Of a DNA stretch of 64,000 nt, positions 1 through 17,422 are shown piece by piece; position 1 is the first letter of the stretch; every line of letters starts with the position of its first letter. Under the pieces are notes generated by a model. It was not told the origin of the DNA, searched no databases, and was given only the letters and a program-made list of their open reading frames with translations. This DNA is from Gammaproteobacteria bacterium. Its GTDB lineage: Bacteria; Pseudomonadota; Gammaproteobacteria; Eutrophobiales; Eutrophobiaceae. A program made the translations under genes and the position numbers. The DNA is taken from NCBI GenBank assembly GCA_965222155.1, contig CBDCTH010000012.1, positions 1,504,001-1,568,000 on the forward strand, in the 5' to 3' direction.

Positions 1-66
1 TCTCATCGATCAGTTCTCAATTGGCCAGGACCACGCAAGCGTGACCCTCAACGCTTCAGGACATGC

Positions 67-972
67 CTAATTATACCCCAACATCTTTAATGCCCTGATG
101 TCTTCAGTCCAACTCTGTTTCGTTTTCACCCAGGTTTGCAGATACACTTTTTTTGTAAAGAATTTCTCCAATTCAATACGCGCCTCAGCGCCAATTGACT
201 TTAGCATTTTGCCATTTCCACCAATAATGATGGAACGGTGCGAGCGGCGCTCCACCCAGATAGTGGCAAATATGGACAATAATGTAGCCTCGTCATTATA
301 TTCATCAATAGTGACGGATATCCTGTAAGGCAGTTCTTCTCCCAGGCGCGCCATAACTTTCTCCCTGATATACTCAGCCGCTATGAAACGCGAACTTTTA
401 TCACTTATCTGATCGGCCGGGAACAAGGCTTCGCCTGCAGGCAGCATTGAAACCACTTTACGTTCCAACGACACAACGTCTCGTTGGCGTCTGGCGCTGA
501 GTGGAATAATTTCCGTGAATGACAGCTTTTCTTTCATTTCATTTATGTATGGCAGTAATGCGGTGTGGTGCTTGAGCAGGTCCAGTTTATTGATCACTAA
601 TACCAGCGGCGCGTTTACTTCATTTAACAATCCTGCGACCAAGTCATCTTTATGGGTCCACTTTACCGCCTCGACAACGAACAGCACCAGGTCGATATGC
701 GCCAATGAGTTTGTCACCTCCCTGTTCATATAGCGGTAGATCGCACTTTTATGGGTGTTTTGGTACCCCGGGGTATCAGTGAAGATAATCTGGTATTCAG
801 GAGTCGATTTAATCCCTTTAATCTGCCAGCGTGTCGTTTGCGGCTTCCTGGATACGATACTGATTTTATGATCAATGAAACGGTTTAACAGTGTCGACTT
901 GCCGACGTTGGGCCGACCTATAATGGAAACGTAACCGACCTTGAAACCCGGTGTTTCAGTTTCAGTCAGCAT
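67..972 (-). CDS. era: GTPase Era
   Basis: GRPNVGKS, DTPG and NKLD motifs, C-terminal KH domain; follows rnc. Confidence 0.97.
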   Translation of the reverse strand: MLTETETPGFKVGYVSIIGRPNVGKSTLLNRFIDHKISIVSRKPQTTRWQIKGIKSTPEYQIIFTDTPGYQNTHKSAIYRYMNREVTNSLAHIDLVLFVVEAVKWTHKDDLVAGLLNEVNAPLVLVINKLDLLKHHTALLPYINEMKEKLSFTEIIPLSARRQRDVVSLERKVVSMLPAGEALFPADQISDKSSRFIAAEYIREKVMARLGEELPYRISVTIDEYNDEATLLSIFATIWVERRSHRSIIIGGNGKMLKSIGAEARIELEKFFTKKVYLQTWVKTKQSWTEDIRALKMLGYN

Positions 973-1645
973 CCAGAGCTATCTTCTCCAGCATCGTCCT
1001 TGCCGCTGTTTGTTCCGCATTTCTTTTACTCCTGCCTTTTGCCACTATGGGTTTGGCGACGCCGTCAACACAACATTCTATAGTAAACAGTTTGTCATGC
1101 GCTTCCCCTTCTTCTGCAACCACATTATATATGGGCAAAGACTTTTTATTGGCCTGCAAGTATTCCTGCAATTCGGATTTCGGGTCTTTCGGTATATTCT
1201 CGGTGGTCAATTGGTCAAGTAAGGAAGCATACAATTTCAAGATAAAACGACGACAGTTTTCCAGGTCTGAATCCAGGTAAATCGCTCCTATCATTGCCTC
1301 CAAAGTGTTTGCCAGAAGTGAATCTTTCTGCCTTCCTCCGCTTTTATTCTCACCAATGCCGAACCTGATATGACTTCCCAGGTCCAGTTGTTTTGCGAGT
1401 TGCGCGAGCGTTTCCTGTTTTACCAGGGATGAACGTAATCGTGTCAGGTCACTTTCCGCAGCCTCCGGGAACTTTATATACAGTTCATCGGCAATAAACA
1501 TGCCCAGCAGCGCATCCCCAAGGAATTCAAGTCTTTCATTGTGGTTCCTGCTGAAACTCCGGTGAGTCAAGGCCATAGTTAATAATTCAGTATTACTGAA
1601 ATCATGACCCAGGACATTTTTCATGTACAGGTGTAACTCATTCAT
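962..1645 (-). CDS. rnc: Ribonuclease III
   Basis: HNERLEFLGDA signature and C-terminal dsRBD (DPKSELQEYLQ). Confidence 0.97.
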   Translation of the reverse strand: MNELHLYMKNVLGHDFSNTELLTMALTHRSFSRNHNERLEFLGDALLGMFIADELYIKFPEAAESDLTRLRSSLVKQETLAQLAKQLDLGSHIRFGIGENKSGGRQKDSLLANTLEAMIGAIYLDSDLENCRRFILKLYASLLDQLTTENIPKDPKSELQEYLQANKKSLPIYNVVAEEGEAHDKLFTIECCVDGVAKPIVAKGRSKRNAEQTAARTMLEKIALDAD

Positions 1646-1654
1646 ATCTTCAGA

Positions 1655-2464
1655 TTAATTTATCCCGGATCCAATCCGGTCCCAGTCCATATCCCAACTC
1701 TGAAAATCAAGAATACTGTCGCTGCTCCAGTTCATCCATATATAAAATGCTCTGCCTACGAGATTTTCATCCGGCACCAGTCCCCAGTAACGACTATCCC
1801 TGCTGTTATCACGGTTATCACCCAGGACAAAGTAATGTCCTTCGGGAATTTTCCGATCAATTTCCACAGACGAGGACTGTAAAGAATTGATGAGAATATC
1901 GTGATCTATTTCGTCCAGTCGTTCCGTTAATCGATAAGAACCGTTCTGCCTCTTACCTACCCCGTCACTTTGATAAATACCTTTGAGTTTGAGTTCGACG
2001 TCAACACCGTTTATTGTCAGGCTCTTGTCCTTGTATTGCAGGTGGTCGCCGGGCACCCCAACTACCCTCTTGATAAAAGGAATGGCGGGATCTTCAGGGT
2101 AGCGAAACACGACAACGTCGCCCCGTTGCGGTTCCCCGCTACCGAACACCTTGGCATTCAGAACCGGCAGACGAATGCCGTAATCGTACTTGTTTACCAG
2201 GATGAAATCGCCTCTTAACAGGGTCGGCATCATGGAAGCAGACGGAATGCGGAACGGCTCAATGATGAATGAGCGCAAGACCATTACAATCAAAAATACA
2301 GGAAACAACGACCTGGCATAATCCACGATTAATGGTTCCGTACGAGCGCGGCTGTCAGTGGCGGAAGTTCTTCTGCCCGCTGCAAAAAACAAGGCATCGA
2401 CTCCCCAGATTATGCCGCTGACAAAGGTAAGCAATACCAGCAAGGCAGCGAAATCGAAGGTCAT
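1655..2464 (-). CDS. lepB: Signal peptidase I
   Basis: [14 protein letters not shown] (catalytic Ser), FIKRVVG (Lys), [11 protein letters not shown]. Confidence 0.97.
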   Translation of the reverse strand: MTFDFAALLVLLTFVSGIIWGVDALFFAAGRRTSATDSRARTEPLIVDYARSLFPVFLIVMVLRSFIIEPFRIPSASMMPTLLRGDFILVNKYDYGIRLPVLNAKVFGSGEPQRGDVVVFRYPEDPAIPFIKRVVGVPGDHLQYKDKSLTINGVDVELKLKGIYQSDGVGKRQNGSYRLTERLDEIDHDILINSLQSSSVEIDRKIPEGHYFVLGDNRDNSRDSRYWGLVPDENLVGRAFYIWMNWSSDSILDFQSWDMDWDRIGSGIN

Positions 2465-4257
2465 TGCTCGCCCCCCACATGCAGAATAGCCATGAATGCC
2501 GATTGCGGGATTTCAACCGAACCCAGTTGTTTCATTCTTTTTTTCCCTGCTTTTTGTTTCTCAAGTAATTTTCTTTTACGCGTCACGTCACCGCCGTAGC
2601 ACTTGGCCGTGACGTTTTTACGCAGTGCCTTAACGGATTCCCGGGCGATGATTTTCGAGCCGATCGCCGCTTGTATCGCTACTTCATACATCTGACGCGG
2701 GACGAGTTGTTTCATCTTTGCCGTCAATTCGCGTCCGCGTCGTTGCGCCAGGTCCCGATGGACGATGCACGACAATGCATCCACCCGGGTAGCGTTAATC
2801 AACACATCCAGTTTAACCAGGGGCGCCTCATTATAGCGTTCAAAATGATAATCAAAAGACGCATACCCTTTACTGACCGATTTCAACCGGTCAAAAAAAT
2901 CCAGTACTATTTCGCTGAGGGGAATCTCAAAAGCAATCGATACCTGCCGCCCGGCATAGTGCAATTTCTTCTGCTCGCCTCTTTTCTCGATACACAGGGA
3001 GATAACGTTGCCCAGGTATTCCTGCGGTGTCAGTATATCAGCACGTACGATGGGTTCACGAATTGCCACAACCTTATCCGTCCCGGGGAGATCGGCAGGA
3101 TTATCGATATACAACCTGGAACCGGATGTGGTTTCAATTTCATACACTACGGTGGGCGCCGTTATTATCAGATTCATGTCGTACTCTCGCTCCAGGCGTT
3201 CCTGAACTATCTCCATATGCAACATGCCTAAAAATCCACAACGAAACCCGAAACCCAGGGCCTGGGAGGTTTCAGGTTCATAATACAGCGCTGCGTCATT
3301 TAATTTCAGCTTTGCCAGGGCTTCCCGGAAGTTCTCGAAATCACTGGAATCGATAGGAAACATACCGGCAAAAACACGGGGTTTAACAGGTTGGAAACCG
3401 GGTACCGGACGCTCTACCGGATGCTTGCTTGAAGTAATGGTATCACCCACCGGCGCGCCGAGAATTTCCTTGATTCCGGCAACAACGTATCCAACCTCCC
3501 CCGTAGCAAGACAGGAGCCGGGGGTTCTCTTGGGAGTGAATGAACCGACCTCGTCAACAATATAGCTCTGCCCGGTTGAAAATATTTTGATCTTGTCGCC
3601 GATGCTCAACCGGCCCTCCTTTACCCGTACCAGGGAAATGACGCCAAGGTAATTATCAAACCAGGAATCGATAATCAATGCCGTCAGTGGTGCGTCGATA
3701 TTGCCTTCAGGCGGGGGAATACGTTCAATAATAGCACTGAGCAGTTGCTCCAGCCCCTCCCCGGTTTTGGCGCTGACCAGCAGTGCATTCCTTGCATCAA
3801 CTCCGATCAGTTCCTCAATATCCAGTATCACCTTCTCAGGGTCTGCTGCCGGCAAGTCAATCTTGTTTAATACCGGAATTACTTCCAGTCCGTTGTCAAT
3901 GGCCGCAAAGCAGTTGGCTACGGTCTGCGCCTCTACGCTCTGGGAACAATCCACAACCAGCAAAGCACCTTCGCATGCAGATAACGAGCGGGACACTTCA
4001 TAACTGAAATCAACGTGACCGGGCGTGTCAATTATATTGAACTGGTATGTATTGCCGTCATAGTGGGGGTAATCCAGGCGCACACTCTGGGATTTGATCG
4101 TAATACCACGTTCCCTTTCCAACTCCATCGAATCCAACACCTGCGCGGACATTTCCCGTTCACTCAAGCCGCCGCAAGTCTGGATAAAACGATCCGCGAG
4201 GGTAGACTTGCCATGGTCTATGTGCGCGATGATGGAAAAGTTTCTGATCCGCTCCAT
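2461..4257 (-). CDS. lepA: Elongation factor 4 (LepA)
   Basis: [20 protein letters not shown] start; [19 protein letters not shown]-terminus. Confidence 0.98.
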   Translation of the reverse strand: MERIRNFSIIAHIDHGKSTLADRFIQTCGGLSEREMSAQVLDSMELERERGITIKSQSVRLDYPHYDGNTYQFNIIDTPGHVDFSYEVSRSLSACEGALLVVDCSQSVEAQTVANCFAAIDNGLEVIPVLNKIDLPAADPEKVILDIEELIGVDARNALLVSAKTGEGLEQLLSAIIERIPPPEGNIDAPLTALIIDSWFDNYLGVISLVRVKEGRLSIGDKIKIFSTGQSYIVDEVGSFTPKRTPGSCLATGEVGYVVAGIKEILGAPVGDTITSSKHPVERPVPGFQPVKPRVFAGMFPIDSSDFENFREALAKLKLNDAALYYEPETSQALGFGFRCGFLGMLHMEIVQERLEREYDMNLIITAPTVVYEIETTSGSRLYIDNPADLPGTDKVVAIREPIVRADILTPQEYLGNVISLCIEKRGEQKKLHYAGRQVSIAFEIPLSEIVLDFFDRLKSVSKGYASFDYHFERYNEAPLVKLDVLINATRVDALSCIVHRDLAQRRGRELTAKMKQLVPRQMYEVAIQAAIGSKIIARESVKALRKNVTAKCYGGDVTRKRKLLEKQKAGKKRMKQLGSVEIPQSAFMAILHVGGEQ

Positions 4258-4307
4258 ATAAACAGGACTGGAAAACTTAATGTTTGCCCGGAGCAGCCGG
4301 ACAAAAC

Positions 4308-5837
4308 TTATTCGTCCTCTGCTCCGGTCAGTTTAAAGGCCAGGAACGTCGGTGCACCGCGTCTTTGAATCAGGATTGGAACAGAACGGTTGCGCGGCAG
4401 CCCCGCAAGTACCTGCCCAAACTGTGAAACGCTTTCCACGCTTATATTATTCACTATCAAAATTACGTCACCTTTACGGATTCCCGCTTCGCCGCCGGGG
4501 CCGGGCATCACTTTTTCCACCATTATACCGTCTTTCGGCAGGTCCAGCTTTTTTCTCTGATCTTCCGTCAGGTCGCGTACCACAAGATTCATTTCATTGG
4601 GAGGCTCAATCTCCGGGGCAGCATTTTCCGTTCGCGCCATTTTATCTTCTTCGGGGAGTGTTGCAATCAATACCTTGAGATGTTTGCGCTTCCCCTCCCG
4701 GATGACCTCCACCGGCACTTTAGTATTGATTTTACTGTTCCCGACCCGAGGCGGCAGATCAGATGAAAATGCGATTTCGGCGCCGTCATACCTGACAATG
4801 ATATCGCCCACTTCAACGCCCGCGACTTGTGCGGGGCTGTCGGTCAATACTTTTGCGACCAGTGCCCCATGGGGTTTGTCCATATTAAAAGATTCGGCCA
4901 GCTCCCGAGTCACGTCCTGTATAAGTACACCGAGCCAGCCCCGGGTAACAGAACCGGTTTCCCGCAGCTGTGAATACACATTGACGACGACGTCTACAGG
5001 CACGGCGAAAGACAGTCCCATAAATCCACCGGTGCGGCTGTATATCTGCGAGTTTACCCCGATTACTTCGCCATCCAGGTTAAATAAAGGACCGCCCGAA
5101 TTACCGGGGTTAATAGCCACATCAGTCTGGATGAAGGGAATATAATTTTCATTGGGCAGACTTCTCCCTATGGCACTCACTATCCCTTGAGTGACCGAAT
5201 AGTCAAAACCGAAAGGCGAACCTATTGCCAGCACCCATTCCCCGACCTTCAAATCCGAGGAACTGCCCAACGTGACTACAGGCAGGTCATTTCCATCAAC
5301 CTTAAGCAGCGCTATATCACTGCGCTTGTCGGTACCCACTATTTCAGCAATAAACTCCCTGCGATCACTCAGTCTTACAATGATTTCATCCGCATTAGCG
5401 ACCACGTGACTGTTGGTAATAATAAAACCATCAGCTGAAATAATGAAGCCTGACCCAAGCGAGGCCGCCTCCCTGGGTGCTCCTCGGTTTTCCGGCACCT
5501 GTTCTTCAAAAAACTTCTGGAAAAAATCATAAAACGGGCTATCTTCAGGCACGTCGGGGATATACGATCTCCCGGACGCTTCAGGATTATCTTTTTTGGC
5601 AGTCGTACTGATGTTTACGACAGCTGCAGAGTTCTCCTGGACCAGCGCAGTAAAATCAGGCAATGGCGCCGCAGCGGCCGGTCCCGCATGCCAAAAAAAC
5701 AATAGCGGCAGGATATACCTGTAACAACCAATACCGGTCAGCTGATTTTTCACCCTATGAAAAACAATGGCGACTCTACCCGAGTGTGCGTGTCTGATAA
5801 AACTGCGGGTCAGCGCCGGATAGTCTGCCGTCATCAT
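4308..5837 (-). CDS. degP: DegP/MucD-family serine protease with two PDZ domains (start uncertain: ATG 5837 or GTG 5753)
   Basis: [22 protein letters not shown] catalytic triad; position between rseA and lepA. Confidence 0.92.
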   Translation of the reverse strand: MMTADYPALTRSFIRHAHSGRVAIVFHRVKNQLTGIGCYRYILPLLFFWHAGPAAAAPLPDFTALVQENSAAVVNISTTAKKDNPEASGRSYIPDVPEDSPFYDFFQKFFEEQVPENRGAPREAASLGSGFIISADGFIITNSHVVANADEIIVRLSDRREFIAEIVGTDKRSDIALLKVDGNDLPVVTLGSSSDLKVGEWVLAIGSPFGFDYSVTQGIVSAIGRSLPNENYIPFIQTDVAINPGNSGGPLFNLDGEVIGVNSQIYSRTGGFMGLSFAVPVDVVVNVYSQLRETGSVTRGWLGVLIQDVTRELAESFNMDKPHGALVAKVLTDSPAQVAGVEVGDIIVRYDGAEIAFSSDLPPRVGNSKINTKVPVEVIREGKRKHLKVLIATLPEEDKMARTENAAPEIEPPNEMNLVVRDLTEDQRKKLDLPKDGIMVEKVMPGPGGEAGIRKGDVILIVNNISVESVSQFGQVLAGLPRNRSVPILIQRRGAPTFLAFKLTGAEDE

Positions 5838-6400
5838 CGACAATTCACCTCATTCAGCGCGGCTGCCGTATCCTCCATACTGTCTCCCATTGCCTGTTTC
5901 CCTTTGCCTGCATCCGGTTGACTGTTCCCCCCCGGCAGATCGTTGCATTCGGTGACTGTTTCACTGTTTCCAGAACTTACCTGCCGCACCGGAGCATAAA
6001 CCGTTCCGGGGCCGCTAACGCCGGGTACGGTTTGGACCAGCGTATCCTGTGGTGTTTCATGAGGTCCACCCACAAACTGTTGTTGTATGCCTAAAATAGC
6101 AAGCGCAGTAACAGAAGCGGCCAAGGCAAAGCCGGTAACGGGTTTGAGGAGAGGATGAGACAGGCGGACGGGAGTGACAATGGCGGGTTCTTTCTGCAGG
6201 GATTTTGAAATATTTCCTGCCAGGTCCCTGTCAATGCTATCGGGTAAACATTGTTTGAGACAGTCGGAAACCAAATGGTATCGGGACCAGGCGCCCAACA
6301 GTTCCGGGTCCTTCAAAAGTTGATCGACCAGGTTTTTGTCGCGCCCATCAAGCTCACCATCCATGAAGGCAGATAACTGTTCTTTTTTTTCATCGTTCAT
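5834..6400 (-). CDS. rseA: Anti-sigma-E factor RseA/MucA
   Basis: EQLSAFMDGEL and WSRYHLVSDCL N-domain, TM segment ALAASV; directly after rpoE. Confidence 0.9.
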   Translation of the reverse strand: MNDEKKEQLSAFMDGELDGRDKNLVDQLLKDPELLGAWSRYHLVSDCLKQCLPDSIDRDLAGNISKSLQKEPAIVTPVRLSHPLLKPVTGFALAASVTALAILGIQQQFVGGPHETPQDTLVQTVPGVSGPGTVYAPVRQVSSGNSETVTECNDLPGGNSQPDAGKGKQAMGDSMEDTAAALNEVNCR

Positions 6401-6404
6401 AGTA

Positions 6405-6983
6405 TTAATCGGCAAGTAAAGGTTTTAATCGTTTATCCACTGCTTCTCTTGCGCGAAATATACGTGATCGCACCGTGCCGACCGGACACTCCATAACTGT
6501 CGCGATCTCTTCATAGCTCAATCCGTCTAATTCCCGCAAGGTGATCGCCGAACGCAAATCCACCGGCAATTCTTCAATAGCCGTAATTATAGTCTCCTGT
6601 AATTCCTGTGTCAGCAGCAAGCGTTCAGGCGTTGTCTGCTCTCTTAGACTATCACTTTGCTCAATTTGTTCCACTTCATCAAAATCCACGGCTGTATCAA
6701 AAGGTTGACGCAACCCGGATGCCAGAAAATTTTTTGCCGTATTCACAGCAATTCGATAGAGCCAGGTATAAAATGCACTGTCGCCACGAAATTTGGGCAA
6801 GGCTCGATAAGCCTTGATAAAAGCTTCCTGAGCCACGTCACTGGCATCATGGGGATTGTGAACAAAACGGGATATCAGGTTTAAAATTCTGCTCTGGTAC
6901 TTTATCACCAGCGCATCAAACGCTTTCTTGTCCCCATTTTTAACCCTTTCTACGAGTATTTTATCGGATGTATTATGTTCCAT
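6405..6983 (-). CDS. rpoE: ECF sigma factor RpoE/AlgU
   Basis: DVAQEAFIKAYRAL, FYTWLYRIAVNTAKN, CPVGTVRSRIFRARE. Confidence 0.96.
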   Translation of the reverse strand: MEHNTSDKILVERVKNGDKKAFDALVIKYQSRILNLISRFVHNPHDASDVAQEAFIKAYRALPKFRGDSAFYTWLYRIAVNTAKNFLASGLRQPFDTAVDFDEVEQIEQSDSLREQTTPERLLLTQELQETIITAIEELPVDLRSAITLRELDGLSYEEIATVMECPVGTVRSRIFRAREAVDKRLKPLLAD

Positions 6984-7340
6984 GGTAAATTCCTGTCATG
7001 AGAATAGCACTCAGACAAGACAAATAGTTATCAATGTATGCAGATAATCAATTATATTAGCTTGCTCCATATATTGCACCTGTATGACAAACGGGAACCT
7101 CTAATAATTGACATTTTTTGATACATAGGGTCGCTAACTTATTGAAATCATTGACCGCTAATATATCAATTTGTGAATAAACAGAGGTTCCCAAACGACT
7201 GTTAGCCCGTATATCTCACCAATTGATGCGATGATCGCGCAGTCTGTGATAATGGCAAAGTGACATAAACCGAGATACTCTATTGACAACGATGAACGTT
7301 TTCTCTGGCAATAAGCGGATTGGTGAGATATGCGGGTTAG

Positions 7341-7613
7341 GAACACATAAACTGTCCGGTCCCGTATCGGTGTACGGGACCAGCTTTATCATATTAGCTT
7401 TTGGGATGTATGATGACGCGAACAGTGTGGTTACAGGAGACCAAGCGGATGAGATTTGATGCGCCCTATCCCCCTGCTCAACTCCATACAGAGCTTGCCC
7501 CTGCGGTTGTAAGCAGGGGGGCAGGGGGGCTCTGGGGCGCCCCTTGCAGGCGTCCTACGGACATCCTAATCCGCTCCAGGCGGATTGGTGAAGAAGCATA
7601 TCAAGGTTGGACA
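7341..7613 (+). pseudogene. 5' remnant of an ISNCY/IS1202-like transposase gene, interrupted by a 132-bp insert and truncated
   Basis: MTRTVWLQETKRMRF (7413-7457) and EEAYQGWT (7590-7613) join into a recognisable ISNCY N-terminus; upstream aacacataactgtccgg resembles the end motif. Recognised from memory. Confidence 0.65.
7458..7589. mobile_element. 132-bp GC-rich structured insert (MITE/REP-like)
   Basis: Splits F|EEAY in frame; terminal hairpin aatccgc-tccag-gcggatt; tga on both sides of the junction. Confidence 0.55.
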
Positions 7614-7843
7614 ACGCGTTCCAGTCGTTTCAGTGCGGCGAAACGGCGGTGGCCGACGACGACGCGATACGTGCCGTCCTTGTTTACGATGGGTTGGACA
7701 ATGAGGTTTTCCAACAGTCCGTAGCATTTGATTGAGTTCATCAGGGCGTTTTGATCGGCGGCGTCGGCGTTAACTTTGCGGATGTTGCGGCCGGCTTCGA
7801 TCAGTCTCAGCATGATGAGGGTGAAAGTGTGTTTCTTTGACAT
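7601..7843 (-). pseudogene. Truncated ParB N-terminal (ParBc) domain
   Basis: NIRK...LMNSIKCYGLLENLIV...YRVVVGHRRFAALK; ends at the IS remnant junction. Confidence 0.75.
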
Positions 7844-8066
7844 GGGGTTCTCTGGTTGAATAGGTGAAAAAATTGCTTAATGCAGCGGTGTGTTTAAAAA
7901 GTTGTTTGTAACGATATCTACAACCGGGGTGAAGCGGGATCGGTCAGGTTTTGTCGGTTTGTCCTGTCGGTTGAGACAGGTATGATGCGGCGCGTGCGGT
8001 GTTTATTGTCGGTGTTGGGCCGGTTGAGAGGTTGCGTGTGTGTGTTGTTGGTCTTTGACGGTGAGG

Positions 8067-8468
8067 TCAGGCGGCCTGATCGTGTTTTTCCGGCGGTGGC
8101 GGCGGATCAATTCGGACCCGGAAGAATGTCTCTATGGTGGCTTTGAGCGCAGCTACCTGGGTAGAGAGATCACTTAATCGTTCCTCCAGTATGGTAAAAC
8201 GGTTATTGGTGCGTTCCTCCAGTTTGGCAAATTGGTTATTAGTGCGTTCCTCCAGTTTGGCAAATTGGTTATTGGTGCGTTCCTCCAGTTTGGCAAATTG
8301 GTTATTAGTGCGTTCCTCCAGTTTGGCAAATTGGTTATTAGTGCGTTCCTCCAGTTTGTTCAGATGTTCTTTCAAATCATCTCTGAGGTTTTTGATGTCT
8401 AATCGCAACCAGACAAATAAACTGATGATGAGGGCTGCTGATGCAAAAAATAGATATAAATTGTTCAT
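8067..8468 (-). CDS. Membrane-anchored coiled-coil protein with 11-aa tandem repeats
   Basis: Hydrophobic N-terminus, about 5 copies of KLEERTNNQFA, Pro-rich tail. Confidence 0.75.
   Translation of the reverse strand: MNNLYLFFASAALIISLFVWLRLDIKNLRDDLKEHLNKLEERTNNQFAKLEERTNNQFAKLEERTNNQFAKLEERTNNQFAKLEERTNNRFTILEERLSDLSTQVAALKATIETFFRVRIDPPPPPEKHDQAA
8201..8358. repeat. 33-bp coding tandem repeat, about 4.8 copies
   Basis: ggttatt(g/a)gtgcgttcctccagtttggcaaatt starting at 8201, 8234, 8267, 8300, 8333. Confidence 0.95.
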
Positions 8469-8555
8469 GGTGACTAGTATAGCATGATGTGGATTGGGTT
8501 GGGTTTGTTCTGGTTAATTGGGTTTGACGTACCGTTAAAAAGGATGTTCGCGGTG

Positions 8556-8788
8556 CTATTGTTCGTGCCGGATTTGCATAAGGAGTTTGCCAGGCTGGTT
8601 TTGACCGGTGCCGTTGCATACGCCTCGGAAGGTGTCATGCCAAGTGTTATGTTCGATGATGGGGCGTTGCCCCGTTGCCGTCAGTTTGTTGCAGATATCG
8701 GGGTTGTTGGCGAACTTGGATTGCAATATTCGGTACATGATGTCTATTTTAACATCGTGCCAGTCGTTGCGTTGCGCAGCATTGTTGT
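8556..8788 (-). pseudogene. C-terminal half of a NADAR (YbiA/DUF1768) family protein
   Basis: RNDWHDVKIDIMYRILQSKF...LTATG.RPIIEHNTWHDTF.G...G.GQNQPGKLLMQIR; N-terminal half absent at the nadB boundary. Confidence 0.75.
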
Positions 8789-15911
<7,123 letters not shown>

Positions 15912-16117
15912 GAGATATAACCATACCGTTTTGAACCGCAAGATACAAGTTAAGTAAATGGAATATGAACCCGTGTTTATTTATACGATAAACTGATATA
16001 GTTATATATCCATTTGTTATATATGATATTTTCTATACTTAATAAAGCACCCTGTTAGACACGAGTCTGTAAGAATTGCTATAATGATTTGTTTAGATTA
16101 GATGGTTTAACGGAAGC

Positions 16118-16507
16118 ATGACAACAATTCCATCCAAAAGACTGGATACTTTTATTAATCCTGAGCCCGGGCGTGATTATACAATCACTATCAAGCTGCC
16201 TGAGTTTACCTGTTTGTGCCCCGTTACGGGACAACCCGACTTTGCTACGCTGCATATCCAGTACATTCCGGATCAGTTGTGCGTTGAGTTGAAGTCGCTC
16301 AAACTCTATATATGGTCCTATCGCGATGAGGGCGCGTTTCATGAGGCAGTAACCAACCAAATTCTGTCTGACCTGGTAACGGCGGTTTCTCCCAGGTATA
16401 TGAAATTAACCGCAGACTTTAACATGCGCGGCGGGGTGCATACGTCAGTAACGGCAGAACATAAAAAGGAGAACTGGCATAGCTCTGAAACAGTGACACT
16501 GCCCTGA
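16118..16507 (+). CDS. queF: PreQ1 synthase QueF (short type I)
   Basis: [28 protein letters not shown]. Confidence 0.95.
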   Translation: MTTIPSKRLDTFINPEPGRDYTITIKLPEFTCLCPVTGQPDFATLHIQYIPDQLCVELKSLKLYIWSYRDEGAFHEAVTNQILSDLVTAVSPRYMKLTADFNMRGGVHTSVTAEHKKENWHSSETVTLP

Positions 16508-16557
16508 GGCAAACCGGTGATGGAATTTCAGGAAGTCCATCCTGTTATCCTGATAGT

Positions 16558-16647
16558 ATAATATTTGGGGTCAGAGTAAAATACAGTCAGGTCAGCAGGT
16601 AGTGCTGGTTTATTTCCGAGCAATATTACTCTGACCCCAAATATTAT
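16558..16647. repeat. REP/REPIN-like inverted-repeat element (family C, ggggtcagagt...actctgacccc)
   Basis: 22-bp arms ataatatttggggtcagagtaa / ttactctgaccccaaatattat; second copy at 58334-58417. Confidence 0.9.
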
Positions 16648-16809
16648 GGAACGTTATCGGAATTGCGTGACAAACGCACCCAAATCAGTATTATGCGCTT
16701 TTGCTTATTCATTGACACGACGTATTAATATGGTTTCAAATAGACACATAATCATTTAAAAGAATGTCCAGGCTATATGTAACAAATATGCGGTTCGGTA
16801 AAAATTGAA

Positions 16810-17244
16810 ATGAAAAAGGCCAGCACTGGGGAACACACCCGCAAAATCAGTCCAATCAGCAGCAAAGCAGCGGCAGGAGACTATATGAATCCGGCCCAGG
16901 TTGAGCATTTTAGTAAGCTGTTAATTGATTGGAAGCAGGCTTTGATGGAGGAAGTAGAGCGAACCATGCATCACATGCAGGATGAAGCATCCAATTTTCC
17001 CGACCCCAACGACCGCGCTACCCAGGAAGAAGAATTTGCTCTTGAGTTAAGGACGCGGGATCGCGAGCGAAAACTGATTAAAAAAATCAATGAGTCGTTA
17101 ATGACGCTGGATTCGGGCGATTACGGTTATTGTGAAACCTGCGCTGGAGAGATTGGGATTCAACGACTTGAAGCCAGGCCGACTGCAACCTTGTGCATCG
17201 ACTGTAAAACCCTGGCTGAGATCAAAGAACGCCAGCAAGGGTGA
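16810..17244 (+). CDS. dksA: RNA polymerase-binding protein DksA
   Basis: [18 protein letters not shown]...CIDC zinc finger. Confidence 0.96.
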   Translation: MKKASTGEHTRKISPISSKAAAGDYMNPAQVEHFSKLLIDWKQALMEEVERTMHHMQDEASNFPDPNDRATQEEEFALELRTRDRERKLIKKINESLMTLDSGDYGYCETCAGEIGIQRLEARPTATLCIDCKTLAEIKERQQG

Positions 17245-17284
17245 ACCGGAAACAGACACTTAACGTGTCTTATTGATTCCTTGG

Positions 17285-17422
17285 CGCACTTCCTGCGGGC
17301 GCCGGTTGGGCGTCCACAAATCCGTCTGGAACGGATTTGAACAGTTGCGCGCAGCGAGACTGGCCCTGCAGGGGCAAAATACAGGACGTACTTTGTTAAT
17401 CTGCTCCAGGCAGATTTGTCCA
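17285..17422. repeat. Structured intergenic element (family E) related to the 7458-7589 insert
   Basis: Hairpins aaatccgt-ctgga-acggattt and aatctgc-tccag-gcagatt; compare aatccgc-tccag-gcggatt at 7568-7586. Confidence 0.55.

Noticed and set aside
1-66. Start of recO
   Set aside because: Only ATG AGA is visible on the minus strand at the window edge; synteny alone is insufficient.
7093-7192. gggaacctct / agaggttccc inverted pair as sigma-E promoters
   Set aside because: -35-like GAACCT present but no convincing -10 at the right spacing.
7458-7589. Group II intron or IS200/IS605 end (TTGAT precedes it)
   Set aside because: No domain V or GUGCG boundary and no TnpA/TnpB; TTGAT is partly formed by the insert itself.
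8201-8358. 33-bp repeats as a CRISPR array
   Set aside because: Head-to-tail with no spacers, in-frame coding repeat, no cas genes.
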